Below are positions 20,202-29,748 of a stretch of 64,000 bases of DNA, in pieces. Position 1 is the stretch's first letter, and every line of letters starts with the position of its first letter. This DNA comes from Trueperaceae bacterium. Its GTDB lineage: Bacteria > Deinococcota > Deinococci > Deinococcales > Trueperaceae. The notes beneath the pieces were generated by a model. The model was not told the origin of the DNA, did not search any database, and saw only the letters and a list, made by a program, of their open reading frames with translations. The position numbers and the translations under genes were made by a program. The stretch spans positions 1,920,001 through 1,984,000 of the forward strand of contig CBDCDZ010000004.1 in the NCBI GenBank assembly GCA_965215565.1, read 5' to 3'.

Positions 20202-22706
20202 ATGCGTACCATCCAGATTGGCATCAGCGGGATGACCTGCGCGAGCTGTGTTGCGAGAGTCGAACGCGCTTTGAACAAGGTTGAAGGCGTTGAAGAGGTA
20301 GGCGTCAACTTAGCAACTGAAAAAGCGAGCATCAGCTATAACCCGGAACAGACTGATTTGGAAGCACTACTCGGTTCTATTGAGAAGTCCGGCTACGAAC
20401 CGCGCAGCACGGAGATGAGCTTTGGCGTTACAGGTATGACCTGTGCGAACTGCGTCAGCCGCGTGGAGCGCAAGCTAGGTAAGACTGGGGGTGTTCTGGA
20501 AGCGAGCGTCAACCTAGCTACTGAACGCGCCACCGTGCGCTATCTGCCCGGTGTCGTGAGCGAACGCGACGTGCGTCAAGTTGTAGAAAAGACAGGCTAC
20601 GGTATTTTGCAAGAAGAGAAGGGCAAAGACCGCGTAGACACGGAGCGTGAAGCGAGAGAGGAGGAGCGGCGCACGCTGCGGCGTGACCTCCTCGTTGCGG
20701 CACTTTTCAGCGTTCCCCTCATTGTCGTCACCATGCTTCACATGTTCGTCCCAGCAGTCGACGACTGGCTGATGTCTTCGCTGGGAATGCAGGGCTTTTT
20801 CATCCTCTCATTCGTCTTAGCGAGTGTCGTGCAGTTCGGCCCCGGTCTGCGCTTCTACAAACCCGGCTGGAAGAGCTTGAAAAGTGGCTCACCGGACATG
20901 AACAGCTTGGTGATGATCGGCACCTCGGCGGCGTACGGCTACTCCGTTGTGGCAACCTTTATCCCCCAGGTCTTGCCCGCAGGGACAGTCAATATCTACT
21001 ACGAAGCCTCGGCTGCGATTATCACCCTTATCCTAGTCGGGAAGTATTTAGAAGCCATCGCCAAAGGACGCACCAGCGAAGCCATCAAAAAGCTCATGGG
21101 TCTGCAAGCGAAGACGGCGCGGGTCATTAGGAACGGTGAGGAACTAGAACTCAGCACCGAAGAGGTCGTGCCAGGCGATGTTGTGTTGGTGCGCCCTGGC
21201 GAAAAAGTACCCGTTGACGGCGCAGTCGTTGAAGGTTCTTCTTACGTGGACGAGTCCATGATCACGGGTGAAAGCGTGCCCGTACAGAAAGCAAGCGGCG
21301 CTGAGGTCGTCGGCGGCACCATCAACAAAACGGGCGCGTTTCGCTTTGAAGCCACTAAGGTTGGGGCGGACATGGTACTTTCTCAGATCATCAAGATGGT
21401 CGAGGACGCGCAAGGCTCTAAGCCGCGCATTCAAGCCTTAGCCGATAAGGTTGTAAGCGTCTTTGTTCCCGTCGTGCTGGGTCTCGCTACGCTCACCTTT
21501 CTCGTTTGGATAGTTTTCGGACCTCAACCCGCCTTGACCTTTGCTTTAGTCAACACCGTCGCCGTACTTATCATCGCTTGCCCCTGCGCGATGGGTTTAG
21601 CTACACCGACTTCGATTATGGTCGGTACGGGTAAAGCCGCCGAGATGGGCGTGCTTTTTCGCAAGGGTGACGCTTTACAGAGCTTACAAGAGGCTAAAGT
21701 CATCGCTTTAGATAAGACGGGAACGCTCACCAAAGGTCAACCGGAGCTAACCGACTTCGCCCTACAAGCGGGCTTTGAGCGAGGTGAAGTTCTAGCGCTC
21801 GTCGCCGCCACCGAAGCGACTTCGGAGCATCCGATTGCGGAAGCGATTGTGCAAGCTGCGAAGGATGAGGGGCTCGAGCCTGCCACTGCAACAGACTTTA
21901 ATGCCACTCCCGGTTACGGCGTTGAGGCTGAGGTTGCAGGGCGCAAAGTACAAGTCGGCGCAGACCGCTTCATGACGCAGTTAGGTTTAGATGTCACCCT
22001 CTTTGCCGATGAAGCAGGTCGCTTAGCCGATGAGGGTAAAACACCCCTTTACGCTGCGGTTGACGGCAAGCTCGCCGCTGTGATTGCAGTAGCCGACCCC
22101 ATCAAAGAGGCGACACCCGTTGCTATCAAGACCCTGCATGACCTAGGACTCAGAGTTGCCATGGTTACAGGTGACAACGCCCGCACCGCTCACGCCATCG
22201 CTAAGCAACTCGGTATTGATGAAGTTCTAGCTGAAGTCTTGCCAGATGGGAAGGTGGACGCAATCAAAAAACTTCAGGATGAAGGGGGTAAAGTCGCCTT
22301 CGTTGGCGACGGCATCAACGACGCACCTGCGCTCGCCCAAGCAGATGTCGGTCTAGCGATTGGTACGGGCACCGACATCGCCATCGAATCTGCCGATGTG
22401 GTGCTGATGTCAGGTGACTTGCGCGGCATTCCGAACGCTCTAGCACTTTCTCGCTCGACCTTGAACAACATCAAGCAGAACCTCTTCTGGGCCTTTATCT
22501 ACAACACTATCTTGATACCTGTTGCGGCGGGCGCACTCTACCCAGCCTTCGGTATTCTCCTTTCGCCCATCCTAGCGGCGGTGGCGATGGGGCTATCCTC
22601 TGTCTTTGTCCTCACGAACGCGCTAAGACTTAGGCGCTTTACCCCGCCGATGGAGTCGCAAGTGGAGAGCGACGTAGCCTCTTCGGGTCAGCTCGCTACG
22701 GCGTAA
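20202..22706 (+). CDS. copA: Cu(I)-translocating P1B-1 ATPase
   Basis: Two GMTCxxC HMA domains, [22 protein letters not shown] and MxxSS motifs. Confidence 0.95.
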   Translation: MRTIQIGISGMTCASCVARVERALNKVEGVEEVGVNLATEKASISYNPEQTDLEALLGSIEKSGYEPRSTEMSFGVTGMTCANCVSRVERKLGKTGGVLEASVNLATERATVRYLPGVVSERDVRQVVEKTGYGILQEEKGKDRVDTEREAREEERRTLRRDLLVAALFSVPLIVVTMLHMFVPAVDDWLMSSLGMQGFFILSFVLASVVQFGPGLRFYKPGWKSLKSGSPDMNSLVMIGTSAAYGYSVVATFIPQVLPAGTVNIYYEASAAIITLILVGKYLEAIAKGRTSEAIKKLMGLQAKTARVIRNGEELELSTEEVVPGDVVLVRPGEKVPVDGAVVEGSSYVDESMITGESVPVQKASGAEVVGGTINKTGAFRFEATKVGADMVLSQIIKMVEDAQGSKPRIQALADKVVSVFVPVVLGLATLTFLVWIVFGPQPALTFALVNTVAVLIIACPCAMGLATPTSIMVGTGKAAEMGVLFRKGDALQSLQEAKVIALDKTGTLTKGQPELTDFALQAGFERGEVLALVAATEATSEHPIAEAIVQAAKDEGLEPATATDFNATPGYGVEAEVAGRKVQVGADRFMTQLGLDVTLFADEAGRLADEGKTPLYAAVDGKLAAVIAVADPIKEATPVAIKTLHDLGLRVAMVTGDNARTAHAIAKQLGIDEVLAEVLPDGKVDAIKKLQDEGGKVAFVGDGINDAPALAQADVGLAIGTGTDIAIESADVVLMSGDLRGIPNALALSRSTLNNIKQNLFWAFIYNTILIPVAAGALYPAFGILLSPILAAVAMGLSSVFVLTNALRLRRFTPPMESQVESDVASSGQLATA

Positions 22707-22718
22707 GGGAGCGTTAGT

Positions 22719-22983
22719 ATGGCTCGAGTTACGCTTTACACGACCCCCGGTTGCCCCGACTGCGCAGCGGTTAAGCGCTTTTTAGAGCAACAAGGCGTTG
22801 CGTTTCAAGAGAAAGACGTGAGCCAAGATGGAGGGAGCGTGGTTTGACGAGATGAAAGCGGTGTCGGGCGTGCGTATTGCGCCCGTTACGGTAGTTGAAA
22901 ATGAGGCGTTCTACGGTAGAGTCGAGAGGCAGAGGCGAGGGTTGGAGCGAGCCCTCACCTACTTTGAAACGGAAGAGACTTGA
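22719..22983 (+). pseudogene. Glutaredoxin (NrdH/YruB-like), frameshifted
   Basis: MARVTLYTTPGCPDC...EKDVSQD, a frameshift near 22830-22840, then DEMKAVSGVRIAPVTVVENEAFYG. Confidence 0.75.
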
Positions 22984-23476
22984 TTCAGCGTCTTTTCGTT
23001 CCTGCTGGTATAGGGTTTTTCCTATCGGTCAGCACCGTGCTCTTTTCTCTTGTTTTATCCGATGCGCAAGCATTTGAGTTTCACGCCGTCCTGCTCACGC
23101 TGATTGCCAGCATCTACATCGGCTTTGCGCTGCAAGGCGGGAATCGTTGTGAGGTGGGGCTCGAGCTTACCGTGGCCGCAGCGTTCACCATCTTCGCGCT
23201 CATCGGACTGTGGCTCTCGCCCTGGTTTATCGTTCTCGGGCTCGCCCTGCACGGTGTTTGGGACTTCTTATACGGAATTGCACGATTTACTTATCCTTGC
23301 CAAGAGCGTTGGAGCTTACCATCGCAGATGGGCACGGCATAGTTTGCAAACTATGCCGTGCAAGCTCGTATTACATCACGGTCTTATCCACACCCCGGTG
23401 CCGCGGGTACATCCCTTTTTGCATAGTCTACGACGGTCTTGTGGCGGGATTTTTGTCCCTGTATCTCGTTCTATAA
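22980..23476 (+). pseudogene. Membrane protein (DUF6010-like) disrupted by a 100-bp insertion and a frameshift
   Basis: 'LHGVWDFL' joins 'HHGLIHTPVPR' once 23271-23373 is removed; the tail 'YIPFCIVYDGLVAGFL' is in another frame. Confidence 0.7.
23271..23370. mobile_element. 100-bp MITE (family C) with TTA duplication
   Basis: Imperfect 14-bp TIR TACGGAATTGCACG / CGTGCAAGCTCGTA, TTA on both sides, internal perfect 30-bp palindrome at 23332-23361. Confidence 0.75.
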
Positions 23477-23481
23477 TCGAA

Positions 23482-23940
23482 GTGAGGTTGGATGTGAAAA
23501 AACGTTTCATCGACAGGTATTTTTGGCAAGTCATCGCCGGGCTTGTGGTAGTTGGTCTAGGTATCAACGCGCTGGTCTGGTTCGCGCCAGGACGAGAGCA
23601 AGAGGTATCGACGGTACAAGAGTTGCCCTCGTATCCGGTTGAGCAAGTCGTGCAGGGGCGTGAACTGTACGCGGCGAACTGCGCCACGTGTCACGGGGCG
23701 AATGGTGCAGGCTACGCTCAGGCGGGCGTGCCTGCGCCCGCACTCAATGGTACGATGCACGCCTGGCACCACCCTGACGCGCAAATTGCGGGCTTCATCC
23801 GCAACGGAGTTGGGCAGATGCCAGCCGTCGGGCAGAATTGGACGGATGAAGAGATTGACGCCGTGCTCTCCTATGTCAAGCAGTGGTGGGAGCCGGAACA
23901 GTTGGCTGAGCAGACGGAACGCTCGGCGCAGAATCCGTAA
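23482..23940 (+). CDS. Membrane-anchored class I c-type cytochrome
   Basis: N-terminal TM, CATCH heme motif, distal 'GQMP'; TATAAT at 23472 precedes GTG. Confidence 0.85.
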   Translation: MRLDVKKRFIDRYFWQVIAGLVVVGLGINALVWFAPGREQEVSTVQELPSYPVEQVVQGRELYAANCATCHGANGAGYAQAGVPAPALNGTMHAWHHPDAQIAGFIRNGVGQMPAVGQNWTDEEIDAVLSYVKQWWEPEQLAEQTERSAQNP

Positions 23941-24001
23941 ACCGAGTCATTGGACGAGGTTAGCGAACGCGAGAATCGGAAGAACGGCGAAGCGGACTGT
24001 C

Positions 24002-24206
24002 TATAGCAGCAGACATGGAGGAGACTCCGTCAAGTCTCCTCCATCTTCTCTCACCGCAACGGAACTTCATCACAATCAAGTGCGTGCTACGTTTCTGAAA
24101 GCTGCTCCGCGGAAGCGAGCAGTCTGAAAGCCCGTAGGGACGCAAGTTTACTGCCTAGTAACGACATTTTTCAAAGTGAGAGTGTCCCAAACCAGATGAC
24201 TATAGT
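24002..24206 (-). mobile_element. Family A MITE, expanded and degenerate copy
   Basis: TATAGCAG end, 'GTGCGTGCTA' and 'GTGAGAGTGTCCCAAACCAGATGA' segments match the family; extra internal modules. Confidence 0.6.
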
Positions 24207-24244
24207 GCCCCTGCCCTCTAGGGGTATACTTGCTATTTGTACGC

Positions 24245-24355
24245 TCAGTTAAACTGCCGCGTGAGTCTGTTGCACACCTCTTCACAGCGGCGGCACGACT
24301 CCATGCAGACTTTACAGTGTTCGTGCATCTCGGCGTGCTGTTCGCACTCGTCGCC
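24245..24355 (-). pseudogene. Four-helix copper-storage protein (Csp3/DUF326) C-terminal remnant
   Basis: Manual translation GDECEQHAEMHEHCKVCMESCRRCEEVCNRLTRQFN* with CxxCxxxCxxCxxxC spacing; cut at the IS end. Confidence 0.8.
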
Positions 24356-24520
24356 GTCAACGGAAGAGTAAGTCATACTAAGGGATGCCAAAGAAACTTT
24401 ACGAAGTCAAACTCAATAGTGAAGAACACCAGAAGCTAGAAGACCTAACGAGCAACGGTGAGGTAAAAGTGCGGGTATATAAGCGTGCTTGCATCTTGCT
24501 GTTAGCCGATAAAGGATATA
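24354..24520 (+). pseudogene. IS630-family left end and N-terminal HTH fragment
   Basis: CCGTCAA end motif; ATG 24385 gives MPKKLYEVKLNSEEHQKLEDLTSNGEVKVRVYKRACILLLADKGY, truncated at the repeat. Confidence 0.8.
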
Positions 24521-24687
24521 AATAGCAATTCCATGAGTCATTGCCACACCACTGATAGCGCTTATTTCTATTTGCAGAGAAGCCTTTAGCAGCTAGCGGA
24601 CCAGTGGGAACGAAGTGTTACGCAGTTTTCGCTTTTGCGAAACGCGGGACCACGCGGCGCACAGTGAGCCGTTATCTACGCGCGTTG
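24521..24687 (+). repeat. 167-bp inverted repeat, copy 2
   Basis: Reverse complement of 14433-14599; begins AATAGCAATTCC, similar to the family A terminus TAGCAGTTCC. Confidence 0.95.
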
Positions 24688-25077
24688 GGCTTCAAGCTCC
24701 ATGCAGTCGTGAGCGAGCGCGTGATGTTCGAAAAGTGGCTTTTCGCGCCTATCCACTCCGGTCTGCTAAGTGGGTAGCAAACGAGGTTATTCGCTCTGCG
24801 AAAACTGCGTCTCTGCGGGCTTTCAGAAAGCAGCACGCACATTTTGAGATGAAATTCTGTTAGCTCTGCGAATTAAGCCCGGGGAGGTCGTCCACCCAGA
24901 TACTGACCAGTTCGCCCGCCTCTGGGTTCTCGCTGAGCAGGTGACGAGCAGCTTAGCGTTAATTCACGAAAATTGATTCACAAAGAGAGGTAATGAGGGG
25001 ATGCGCCCGCTAAACCGTGCACTGCCGCGCAGAGAACGCACGCTCTCTGCGCTAACCTCTATTCAGGAGGCAACCTC

Positions 25078-25617
25078 ATGATTCGAAGGCTAACACTTTG
25101 CTACCTCACGCTGCTGGCGCTAGGCTCTACTCTCTCAGTCGGCGCGGCGCAAGATGCAGAGGGCGAGACGCTCGCGCTCACCAACGTCGGCGCGAGCGCC
25201 TGGCAGGTAACGGAGGCGAGCGAAGACATCGCCGAGCAGGGCGCTGACAACCCCGAGCTAACGCTAGCGGTTGGTACGCGCTACACTTTTGACGTAAGCG
25301 GCGTGAACAGCTCGGTCCACCCGTTCGACTTCCGCGCTGGCGATGACACCATCTTGCTATCGCAGAGCGGCGAGGGCGAGCTTGAAGGGGACGAGGCTAT
25401 CGGCTTTGAAGCCTCAGACGAGGCGGTGAGCTTCACGCTGACCCCTGACCTGGCTGATAGACTCGCGCGTTACCGCTGCACCGTCCACGCCAGTATGGTT
25501 GGTGATGTGGTGACCTCCGCAGCGGGTGCGGAAAGTGAGACCGGCGGCGACACGGAAAGCTCAGATGAAAGTGAGGCGGGCGCGTCAGACGAGGACGAAG
25601 ACAGCTCGAGCGATTAG
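25078..25617 (+). CDS. Secreted cupredoxin (blue-copper-like) protein with an acidic tail
   Basis: RBS AGGAGG, signal peptide, 'HPF' and 'YRCTVHASM' type-1 Cu ligands (H, C, H, M). Confidence 0.8.
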   Translation: MIRRLTLCYLTLLALGSTLSVGAAQDAEGETLALTNVGASAWQVTEASEDIAEQGADNPELTLAVGTRYTFDVSGVNSSVHPFDFRAGDDTILLSQSGEGELEGDEAIGFEASDEAVSFTLTPDLADRLARYRCTVHASMVGDVVTSAAGAESETGGDTESSDESEAGASDEDEDSSSD

Positions 25618-25647
25618 CGCAGCAGGTTCCACGTAATAATCTTAGTC

Positions 25648-25794
25648 ATGGCTCAAGTAGAAACCATTCAAACAGCAATCGAAGCACTTTCAGACGGAGA
25701 GTTTGCGCGTTTGCGGAGAAAAATGAAGAGCATCAGGATGAGCAGCTCGAGCAGAAAAGCGCCGGCGCAAGCAAAAAAAGAACAGCGAATGTAA
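25648..25794 (+). pseudogene. Short ORF resembling the N-terminus of a putative antitoxin
   Basis: MAQVETIQTAIEALSDGEFARLRR, then unrelated sequence; AT-rich -10-like box just upstream. Confidence 0.35.
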
Positions 25795-25813
25795 GTCCGC
25801 TGTTCTTATTTTT
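25773..25813. terminator. Bidirectional terminator
   Basis: A-tract, AAGAACAGCG...CGCTGTTCTT stem, T-tract; lies between convergent ORFs. Confidence 0.7.
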
Positions 25814-25821
25814 ACTTTAGA

Positions 25822-26175
25822 CTATCGAAGATTACCTCCGGCGGGATAATCATAACTGCCCGGACCTTGGTAGAGGTCCAAGTTTAGTGACGCTTTGTAG
25901 TCTCTATTGAGACTACAAATGCCTTCGAACGGACGTGTTCCATCAACGTGCAACTCAGCAAGCTGCACAAGAAATTGTTCGAGGAACAAAACCTTTCCTG
26001 TATCCAACTTAGGGGTAACCCTTCGTATGGATACCACCTTCTCACTGATGTACGCGCGCAGAACTGTTAAATCCAACCCTGGATGAGTTAGTAAGCAGTC
26101 TACTCCATCTTTATCTTGAGAGGTGATCTCAACTTGATAGTCTACTCCCTCGATTTTTATGGGATATTTACTCAT
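25822..26175 (-). CDS. AT-rich hypothetical protein
   Basis: 117-aa ATG ORF with composition unlike the flanking genes. Confidence 0.6.
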   Translation of the reverse strand: MSKYPIKIEGVDYQVEITSQDKDGVDCLLTHPGLDLTVLRAYISEKVVSIRRVTPKLDTGKVLFLEQFLVQLAELHVDGTRPFEGICSLNRDYKASLNLDLYQGPGSYDYPAGGNLR

Positions 26176-26544
26176 TAGTTTTTATTTACTTTACAACTTA
26201 TAGCATATAGCTACGTAGACGATTCTACTCTACACGCTCGCAGCTTAGTGAAGTTAAGGTTGCGGTCTACTCTTGCATCTTGTTACTTTTGCAAGATTAA
26301 GGCAGTGTAAGCCTGCAACTCTATACCTTTGACAACGCATCCGTAGACGTGCCAGAGCACGACTTCAAAATATACTTCCTTTCTAGGTGTCGTTCACAAC
26401 TGCTACGTTGACCTCGTAGAAACTCGCCGTTCATTCTTGGATGAGCTTAGCGTCCTAATTTCAGGGGCTAGGTACTGCTTGACATCAAAAGGGCTCGCGT
26501 TACGCTATACTTTTCTATCTCGAGCCCCACCCGGCTCTTTCTTT

Positions 26545-26655
26545 TTGCCCCTTTCCTACGCTACTAAGACAGGCTTCCGCAGGTATCATCCTTAGTGTGC
26601 GTGCTAACTGACGCTCTTTCCAGTGAGCGCGTTTGTGACCAGATGATACCTGCTA
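26545..26655 (-). mobile_element. Family A MITE directly upstream of rimO
   Basis: GCAGGTATCATC...GATGATACCTGCTA. Confidence 0.8.
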
Positions 26656-26663
26656 GGAGCCAC

Positions 26664-28016
26664 ATGTCTGGAAAAGTCGGTTTCGTAAGTTTAGGCTGCC
26701 CCAAAGCCTTAGTCGACAGTGAACGCATCCTCACCCAACTCCGTGCGGAGGGCTACACGGTCTCGCCCACCTACGACGAGGCGGATGTCGTGGTGGTCAA
26801 CACCTGCGGCTTCATCACGCCCGCCGTCGAGGAGTCTCTAGGCGCAATCGGTGAAGCGTTGGAACAAAACGGCAAGGTCATCGTGACGGGCTGCTTGGGC
26901 GAACGCCCCGAAGAGATTATGGAGCGCCACCCGAACGTCTTGGCGGTCACGGGACAAGCGGACGTCGAGGGCGTCATGGCGAACGTTCACAAGGTTGCGC
27001 CGCCTGACGAGAACCCCTTTACAAGCCTCGTGCCGCCGCAAGGCGTCAAGCTCACACCGCGTCACTATGCGTACCTCAAGATTGCCGAGGGGTGCAACCA
27101 CAAGTGCTCGTTTTGCATCATCCCGCAGATGCGCGGGTTGCAGGTCTCTCGCGACGCGGGCGACGTGCTCTATGAGGCGTATAGGCTGGTCTCGAGCGGC
27201 ACGAAAGAACTCATGGTCATCGCGCAGGACTCCTCGGCGTACGGCGTGGACATCCGCTACCGCGACTCCGAGTTTCAAGGGCGACAGGTGAAAGCGCACC
27301 TCGTTCCGTTGGTAGAAGAACTCGCGCAGATGGGCGCGTGGCTGCGGCTGCACTACGTCTACCCGTATCCGCACGTGAGGGGGCTCATTCCGCTGATGGC
27401 GGAGGGGAAGCTGCTCCCCTATCTGGATGTACCTCTGCAACACGCGAGCCCCAAGATTCTGCGCGCGATGCGGCGTCCGGGTGGGGCGAAGAGCCACTTG
27501 GAGACAATTCGCGAGTGGCGCAATATCTGCCCGGAGCTAGCGATTCGTTCAACGTTTATCGTTGGCTTTCCAGGCGAGACGGAAGAGGATTTTGAGTTGC
27601 TTTTGGATTTTTTGCGGGAGGCGCGGCTCGAGCGTGTCGGCGCGTTTACCTACAGCGAAGTGCCTGGCGCAGCGGCGAATCAGTTCCCTGGTCAAGTGCC
27701 CGAAGAGGTCAAAGCGGAGCGTTTAGAGCGGCTTATGACGCTTCAGCAAGAGATTAGTTTAGAGAAGAACCAGGCGAAAATTGGTCAAGAGGTTGACGTC
27801 ATCGTGGACGACTACGGCGACTTACCCGGTGACCTCATCGGGCGCACCAAAGCGGACGCCCCCGGCATCGACGGCACCGTGAGCGCCACCTCGGACGGGA
27901 CGGTTAAAATCGGTGACATCGTGAAGGTTAAAGTGACGGACGCCGACGCTTACGACCTCTTCGGCGAGGTTGTCTCGCAAGTCGCGTGGCGTCCAAACGT
28001 GCTCAGTATGGTCTAA
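26664..28016 (+). CDS. rimO: Ribosomal protein S12 methylthiotransferase
   Basis: '[12 protein letters not shown]', 'NTCGFI', radical SAM CxxxCxxC (CNHKCSFC), C-terminal TRAM; start ATG 26664 after AGGAG. Confidence 0.95.
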   Translation: MSGKVGFVSLGCPKALVDSERILTQLRAEGYTVSPTYDEADVVVVNTCGFITPAVEESLGAIGEALEQNGKVIVTGCLGERPEEIMERHPNVLAVTGQADVEGVMANVHKVAPPDENPFTSLVPPQGVKLTPRHYAYLKIAEGCNHKCSFCIIPQMRGLQVSRDAGDVLYEAYRLVSSGTKELMVIAQDSSAYGVDIRYRDSEFQGRQVKAHLVPLVEELAQMGAWLRLHYVYPYPHVRGLIPLMAEGKLLPYLDVPLQHASPKILRAMRRPGGAKSHLETIREWRNICPELAIRSTFIVGFPGETEEDFELLLDFLREARLERVGAFTYSEVPGAAANQFPGQVPEEVKAERLERLMTLQQEISLEKNQAKIGQEVDVIVDDYGDLPGDLIGRTKADAPGIDGTVSATSDGTVKIGDIVKVKVTDADAYDLFGEVVSQVAWRPNVLSMV

Positions 28017-28032
28017 GGTTTAGAGGGCAATA

Positions 28033-28143
28033 AAGCAGTTCACAGAAGTACTGAATTGGAATAGCGCAAGTATCATTCAAGAACGTGCGTGCCCGTCGAT
28101 GTCCCCTAATGTGGGACTGGCTCAAACCAAATGATACTTGCTA
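28033..28143 (-). mobile_element. Family A MITE, TA-flanked (111 bp)
   Basis: GCAAGTATCATT...AATGATACTTGCTA with compensatory changes in the internal IR. Confidence 0.75.
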
Positions 28144-28183
28144 TATAACTTAGGACTATAGATAGCTGTTGGCTTCTGCAAAA

Positions 28184-28236
28184 AGCAATGAGCAATGAGT
28201 CTAAAGATTTTTGCTCATTGCTCGTTTCTCATTGCT
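28184..28236. repeat. Heptamer (AGCAATG/AGCAACG) tandem-repeat hairpin
   Basis: AGCAATGAGCAATGAG...CTCATTGCTCGTTTCTCATTGCT; siblings at 29436-29488 and 59352-59403. Confidence 0.8.
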
Positions 28237-28245
28237 TAAAAAGAA

Positions 28246-29376
28246 CTAAAACCCCCGTCGGTTCAGCGGTCGCTCGGGCTCCTTCTCGCTGCTGCCTTGC
28301 ACGTCACCCTTCTTCTGCGTCAGCATGAGGCGGAATTCGTGCGAGCTGGTTGCCATCGCTAAAGCGTCCTCCATGCTGATCTGCCGCTCCAAGTAGAGGT
28401 CTACGAGATGTTGGTCAAAGGTTTGCATCCCGCGAATGTTATCGCCCAACATCGCCTCTTTGATGAGCGGCGTTTTGGTTTCGTCCTTGATGTAATCGCG
28501 GATAAGCGGGGTGTTGACGAGAATTTCTAGGGCGAGCACGCGCCCGGTGCTATCTGCCCTGGGCAAAAGCCGCTGGCTCATGATGCCTAAGAGCGACTCC
28601 GCCAACATGATGCGAATCTGGTCGCGCTCATGCGGCGGGAAGAAATCGATAATGCGGTTCACGCTGCGCACCGCGTCCAAGGTGTGGAGCGTGCTGAAAA
28701 CGAGGTGTCCCGTCTGGGCGGCTGAAATCGCCGCTTCGACGGTCTCTTTATCGCGCATCTCGCCGATCATGATGACGTCGGGGTCTTGGCGCATGGCGTA
28801 CTTGAGGGCGTGGACGAAGTTGTCGGTGTCGAGTCCGACTTCCCGTTGAATGACGAGCGAGCGCTGGTTGTGGTGCAAAATTTCGATGGGGTCTTCGATG
28901 GTGATGATGTTACGCGGGTAGCGGCGGTTGACAAAGTCCACCATCGTGGCGAGCGTCGTGGACTTGCCCGAGCCCGTCGGCCCGGTGACGAGGACTAAGC
29001 CGCGCGTTTGACTCGAGAACTCCGTCAAGACCGGCACGGGCAGCCCGAGTGTCTCAAAGCTCGGCACGATGTCGCCGACAACGCGCATAACGATGCCCAC
29101 CGAAGAGCGCTGCATAAAGGCGTTGCAGCGGAAGCGGGCGACTTGCGGAATAGAAAAGGCGAAGTCCAACTCGTGATGATGCTTAAATAGCTCGCGTTGC
29201 GGCTCGCTCATCATCGCGAGAGCGATCTGTTCGGTCTGTTGCGGCGTGAGGGGCGGGATACCCTCCAAAATCTGTAAGCTCCCGTCCACGCGCATGTGCG
29301 GCGGCGCACCCGCTTGCAGGTGAATGTCCGAAGCGCGCTGCGCCACCATCGTGTTAAGCATGTCGGCAATTTTCAT
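28246..29376 (-). CDS. pilT: Type IV pilus retraction ATPase (PilT/PilU family)
   Basis: Walker A GPTGSGKST, Asp box TIEDPIE, 'RQDPDVIMIGEMRD', His box 'TGHLVFSTLH', 'GMQTFD'. Confidence 0.9.
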   Translation of the reverse strand: MKIADMLNTMVAQRASDIHLQAGAPPHMRVDGSLQILEGIPPLTPQQTEQIALAMMSEPQRELFKHHHELDFAFSIPQVARFRCNAFMQRSSVGIVMRVVGDIVPSFETLGLPVPVLTEFSSQTRGLVLVTGPTGSGKSTTLATMVDFVNRRYPRNIITIEDPIEILHHNQRSLVIQREVGLDTDNFVHALKYAMRQDPDVIMIGEMRDKETVEAAISAAQTGHLVFSTLHTLDAVRSVNRIIDFFPPHERDQIRIMLAESLLGIMSQRLLPRADSTGRVLALEILVNTPLIRDYIKDETKTPLIKEAMLGDNIRGMQTFDQHLVDLYLERQISMEDALAMATSSHEFRLMLTQKKGDVQGSSEKEPERPLNRRGF

Positions 29377-29435
29377 CTCCTCCTAGTTTGACGGAGCCGC
29401 GCGACTTAGCGTGTGAAATTCGTTGCCTTGTAAGG

Positions 29436-29488
29436 AGCAATGAGCACCGAGCAACGAGCAATGAGCCTAAAGGGTTTCACTCATTGCT
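29436..29488. repeat. Heptamer tandem-repeat hairpin
   Basis: AGCAATG-AGCACCG-AGCAACG-AGCAATG...CTCATTGCT. Confidence 0.75.
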
Positions 29489-29547
29489 TTCAACTCGTTA
29501 CTGTTTTCCGCTCATCAACCTTTTTGCAGCTTGTGCTACACTTCTCT

Positions 29548-29748
29548 ATGGAGAAAAAACCTACCTCTTTACGGATGTTGGAGTCTCTATTCGAGTGCGA
29601 GCAGCCGCACGTGGGGGACCTTCTCGAGCGGTCACACGAGAATGAGCACGCCTTGCGGCGCTCCAGACCGAACATGGAGCGCCGCAGCGTTTCGCCCAAG
29701 GTTTCAACGCAACCTACTCAACAAGAGGTCAGTGAGCTAAGCCGATGA
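29548..29748 (+). CDS. Small hypothetical protein (66 aa)
   Basis: ATG 29548 is preceded by TGCTACACT (extended -10) at leaderless spacing. Confidence 0.45.
   Translation: MEKKPTSLRMLESLFECEQPHVGDLLERSHENEHALRRSRPNMERRSVSPKVSTQPTQQEVSELSR

Noticed and set aside
23104..23481. 278-aa version of the cytochrome c
   Set aside because: The extension reads through the disrupted upstream gene and its MITE. The likely start is GTG 23482 or 23494.
24205..24230. Second CsoR-like operator (CCCTCTAGGGGTATA)
   Set aside because: Only a partial palindrome with no intact downstream gene; unsupported.
26595..26663. N-terminal extension of RimO
   Set aside because: It is MITE sequence. The RBS and homology begin at ATG 26664.
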